A stretch of 38,584 nucleotides of DNA from a virus. Its lineage: Duplodnaviria; Caudoviricetes. The position numbers and the translations under genes were made by a program. The stretch covers positions 1-38,584 of IMG/VR virus record IMGVR_UViG_3300024310_000018; one strand, given 5' to 3'. The notes under the pieces were generated by a model. It was not told where the DNA came from, did no database searches, and saw nothing but the letters and a program-made list of their open reading frames with translations. Below are positions 36,158 through 38,584 of the stretch, in pieces (position 1 is the stretch's first letter; each line of letters begins with the position of its first letter).

Positions 36158-36372
36158 GCTTGCTCCGTCGTCTTGACGTGCTCCACCAAATCCGAGGCTG
36201 CGATTCCAGTCGCTTCCTCGATCTTCGGCCAATGCCTTTTATTCGGTAGATGATTGCCCCGCTCCCAGCGGGAAACAGTCATTGCTCGCACGCCCAGCAG
36301 TTCCGCCAATTTCCCTTGCGAGATTTTGGGGGTTTGCCGGTTGCGCCAGACCTTGAGAGGGTTTGTATCCAT
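36154..36372 (-). CDS. cro: Cro-like XRE HTH regulator
   Basis: ISQGKLAELLGVRAMTVSRWERG..LP; divergent from the cI-like gene. Confidence 0.85.
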   Translation of the reverse strand: MDTNPLKVWRNRQTPKISQGKLAELLGVRAMTVSRWERGNHLPNKRHWPKIEEATGIAASDLVEHVKTTEQA

Positions 36373-36380
36373 CGCCCGTC

Positions 36381-36411
36381 ATTATAGCCACATAATGTTA
36401 GCGGTTGTCAA
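36381..36411 (-). promoter_or_regulatory. PR-like promoter TTGACA-N19-TATAAT containing an operator
   Basis: Perfect hexamers at 36411-36406 and 36386-36381; operator at 36385-36401; 8 nt to the cro ATG. Confidence 0.8.
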
Positions 36412-36457
36412 GCCCTCCTAACATTTTGGAAATAGTGACGTAAACACAAAGAGTTAG
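36385..36457. promoter_or_regulatory. Three OR-like 17-bp operators
   Basis: CTAACATTATGTGGCTA (minus, 36385-36401), CTAACATTTTGGAAATA (plus, 36418-36434), CTAACTCTTTGTGTTTA (minus, 36441-36457). Confidence 0.7.
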
Positions 36458-36463
36458 TAGTGT
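36435..36463 (+). promoter_or_regulatory. PRM-like promoter GTGACG-N17-TAGTGT
   Basis: Near-consensus hexamers, 9 nt before the cI ATG; no SD. Confidence 0.5.
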
Positions 36464-36472
36464 TTACAGGCG

Positions 36473-36791
36473 ATGCCCGTCAAAATCGGTCCAAAAAAAC
36501 AGCGCAAGATATATCTGAAGGAACACCGGGAACACCGGGGGCTCACTCAGGAACAGCTCGCCGCGCGCCTAGAAACGCTCGCCATGACCGTTTCCAGGTG
36601 GGAGCGGCAAAAGCCCCACGCCCATGACGACAGACACGCTACAGGCCGTCGCCAAGGCCCTTAGCGGCGATCTGGAGGGCGAGGACTTGTACTACCACCC
36701 CGATAAGCCCAGCCCAAACCAGCTCATGCGGAGCCTACCGGCCGAAACCGTTGAGACGGCCATGCAGATGATTTTAGCCCTCCGAAAATAA
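36473..36791 (+). pseudogene. cI: CI-like XRE repressor, frameshifted at CCCC 36614-36617
   Basis: Frame 0 reads LKEHREHRGLTQEQLAARL...AMTVSRWERQK; the +1 frame continues TPMTTDTLQAVAKAL...LRK* (TAA 36789-36791). Confidence 0.8.
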
Positions 36792-36803
36792 CCGGTTCCA
36801 GCT

Positions 36804-36832
36804 AACCTCTGATTCCCACGGGGTTTTTTATT
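36804..36832 (+). terminator. Probable intrinsic terminator after cI
   Basis: AACCTC...GGGGTT stem followed by a T run. Confidence 0.5.
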
Positions 36833-36845
36833 GCCCAAAATTATT

Positions 36846-36898
36846 CTAACTATTTGTGGCTAGGGCTATTGACCGGTCTAACATTTTGTGGCTATAGT
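36846..36898 (+). promoter_or_regulatory. PL-like promoter TTGACC-N18-TATAGT with two OL-like operators
   Basis: -35 at 36869-36874 and -10 at 36893-36898; CTAACTATTTGTGGCTA at 36846-36862 and CTAACATTTTGTGGCTA at 36878-36894. Confidence 0.8.
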
Positions 36899-36925
36899 CT
36901 GCCCATCGAACAAAGGGGCAAACAA

Positions 36926-37261
36926 ATGACCAAGACAGCCAAGGTTCAGCGAAACAACCAGCGCAGCAACGCGATGAACCCGCTTCCGTCATTGCTCCGC
37001 GCGTCGGCCTTCGACGCCGCCAACATGCGGATGCGCGCCGCCGGTCGCACCAAGTGGAATCGCGACGACTACAACGAAGCTGCACGGACGCAAGAGCGTC
37101 TAATCCGCGCCTGCTACGGCCGCGCTGGCGACGATAACAATCCGAACATGGTCTACATCCGCTTCCAGGTTGCTGCTCAGCTTGAGCGCGCGGGCCATCT
37201 GCATCTGAGTTCCGACATGACCGCCGTTCACAAATATATCGATCAAGTTCTCGCAGCCTAA
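36926..37261 (+). CDS. Hypothetical protein, first gene of the rightward arm
   Basis: AAGGGG SD before ATG 36926; A..LRAAGRT.W..DD.N.A pattern. Confidence 0.7.
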   Translation: MTKTAKVQRNNQRSNAMNPLPSLLRASAFDAANMRMRAAGRTKWNRDDYNEAARTQERLIRACYGRAGDDNNPNMVYIRFQVAAQLERAGHLHLSSDMTAVHKYIDQVLAA

Positions 37262-37302
37262 TCATTCCATCATTCAACACGGGATAATAAGAGGGGGAGA
37301 AG

Positions 37303-37647
37303 ATGGTTCAAGTTGCCACTGCCGTTGCTGAAACGTCCCGCGATCACCCTGCCGCCAGCAATCGCGTCAATCATTCCTATTTCGTCGTGATGGAAGATTT
37401 TGGCAAGCGCGGCTGGGAAGCCGTTGTCTCTCCCGAAACCACGCGGCGCGGCATCGTCGCACTGATCGCGGGCGGCAATTTACGCGACATCGTTTTCATC
37501 CACCACGTTAACGGCATGTCCATTGAGGACGTGACCGAAGAAATCATGACGGAAGTCGCCGCCGGACTTGTCCCGATCTTCCCCGATGCAGGCGACCGTC
37601 AAGCCGCACGGTTCGATCATGCCCGCGATCATCGGAAGCACGCATGA
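37303..37647 (+). CDS. Hypothetical protein
   Basis: Strong SD; 114 aa. Confidence 0.7.
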   Translation: MVQVATAVAETSRDHPAASNRVNHSYFVVMEDFGKRGWEAVVSPETTRRGIVALIAGGNLRDIVFIHHVNGMSIEDVTEEIMTEVAAGLVPIFPDAGDRQAARFDHARDHRKHA

Positions 37648-37856
37648 CAAGCCAGCAGATCGCAGACGAACTGTTAGCAGAGCATCAGGCCGCGCGCCGT
37701 CGCGCCGAAGCTCTGCTTGAGTTTTATCAGGGCGAGCGCCGCGCTGGCGTCGATCCCCTGACCGCCAACGAACGAATGCACGAACACGCCAAACACCTTG
37801 ATGCGATTTACGCGGGACAGCTTCAGGCTATTGCAACTGAAATGGAGCGAACATGA
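37644..37856 (+). CDS. Hypothetical helical protein
   Basis: 70 aa, ATGA-coupled at both ends. Confidence 0.65.
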   Translation: MTSQQIADELLAEHQAARRRAEALLEFYQGERRAGVDPLTANERMHEHAKHLDAIYAGQLQAIATEMERT

Positions 37857-38584
37857 GTGAGGCAATGAAGAAAGTCAGTGTTATCCCGCAGGAGGAGCCA
37901 ACTGCCCTTGCCATCGTCACTCCGATGGAAATGCTTTCGCGGGCTGTCCAGTCCGGCGCCGATATCGACATGATCGAAAAGCTGATGGGGTTGCAAGAGC
38001 GCTGGGAAGCGAACCAGGCCCGCAAAGCTTTTGACAATGCGATGGCGTCGGCAAAGGCAAAGATACCAGTTATTCGAAAGAACCGCCGCGTCGGCTTCGA
38101 ACACAAGAGCGGAAACGACAGGACCGAGTACAACCATGAGGACATGGCTGAGATTGCGCGCACTGTCGATCCGATTTTGAGCGAATTTGGGTTGTCCTAT
38201 CGCTTCCGTGTTTTGTCGGACCTCAACCAGCCCGTTCGCGTGACATGCATCATTTCGCACCGCGACGGCCATTCCGAGGAAACGACATTGAGCGCCGGCC
38301 GCGATGATAGCGGCAAGAAAAACGCTCTCCAGCAGATCGGTTCAACCATCACTTATTTACAGCGCTACACGCTCAAGGCCGCCCTTGGGCTTGCCGCCGC
38401 AGACGATGACGACGGAAAGGCTTCCACCGCTTCAGAGGAACCTTACATGGCTCCTCCGGGCTCGATCACGCAAGATCAGGCCGCGCAAATCCGCGATTTG
38501 CTGGAAAGCCTGAACGTTAACACCCGCGCATTCCTCGCTTGGGCCAAGCAGAAGCGCGTTGAAGATATTCCGGCTGAATATTTC
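37853..38584 (+). CDS. erf: ERF-family ssDNA annealing protein (5' part; 258 aa after circularisation)
   Basis: Missed by the ORF track; translated manually and contains GSTITYLQRYTLKAALGLAAADDDDG, the ERF signature. Confidence 0.9.
   Translation, partial: MSEAMKKVSVIPQEEPTALAIVTPMEMLSRAVQSGADIDMIEKLMGLQERWEANQARKAFDNAMASAKAKIPVIRKNRRVGFEHKSGNDRTEYNHEDMAEIARTVDPILSEFGLSYRFRVLSDLNQPVRVTCIISHRDGHSEETTLSAGRDDSGKKNALQQIGSTITYLQRYTLKAALGLAAADDDDGKASTASEEPYMAPPGSITQDQAAQIRDLLESLNVNTRAFLAWAKQKRVEDIPAEYF
38458..38584. repeat. Terminal direct repeat, copy 2
   Basis: Identical to 1-127. Confidence 0.95.

Noticed and set aside
38458-38584. 127-bp terminal repeat as a biological direct terminal repeat or att site
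   Set aside because: It lies mid-gene in erf and its length equals a common assembler k-mer, so it is best explained as circular overlap
1-38584. CRISPR array, tRNA genes, IS elements
   Set aside because: No regularly spaced repeats, cloverleaf or transposase were recognised by eye; tRNAscan and Rfam were not run, so small RNAs cannot be excluded

Overview
The window is an apparently complete, circularly assembled tailed-phage genome of 38,457 bp; bases 1-127 recur exactly at 38458-38584. Gene content suggests an alphaproteobacterial (Rhizobiales/Bradyrhizobium-like) host, which is an inference. The virion looks short-tailed (podovirus-type): there is no tape-measure or sheath gene, but there are adaptor, nozzle and ejection-type genes. 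A lambda-like switch sits at about 36.15-36.9 kb, with divergent cro/cI-like XRE genes, five related 17-bp operators and three sigma70-type promoters. The rightward early arm encodes ERF, YqaJ exonuclease, NinB, HNH, a C5-methyltransferase-like gene and many small ORFs. The long leftward arm encodes regulators, a stand-alone DnaA domain-IV protein, a DUF1376 initiator with internal iterons, terminase, portal, fibres, scaffold, capsid, tail, ejection proteins, tail fibre and a GH108 lysis cassette. The most notable observations are: a Maf/DUF115-type glycosyltransferase-like gene inside the capsid operon beside Ser/Thr-rich virion proteins (candidate virion glycosylation system); a frameshifted repressor with no recognisable integrase or partition genes; an FtsZ C-terminal-peptide mimic; an apparent ATA start codon for the tail fibre, back-to-back with an antisense membrane gene; fibre genes inside the head module; and in-frame linker and boundary repeats suggesting module shuffling in the early arm. 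All family assignments come from motif recognition by eye; no database search was run.
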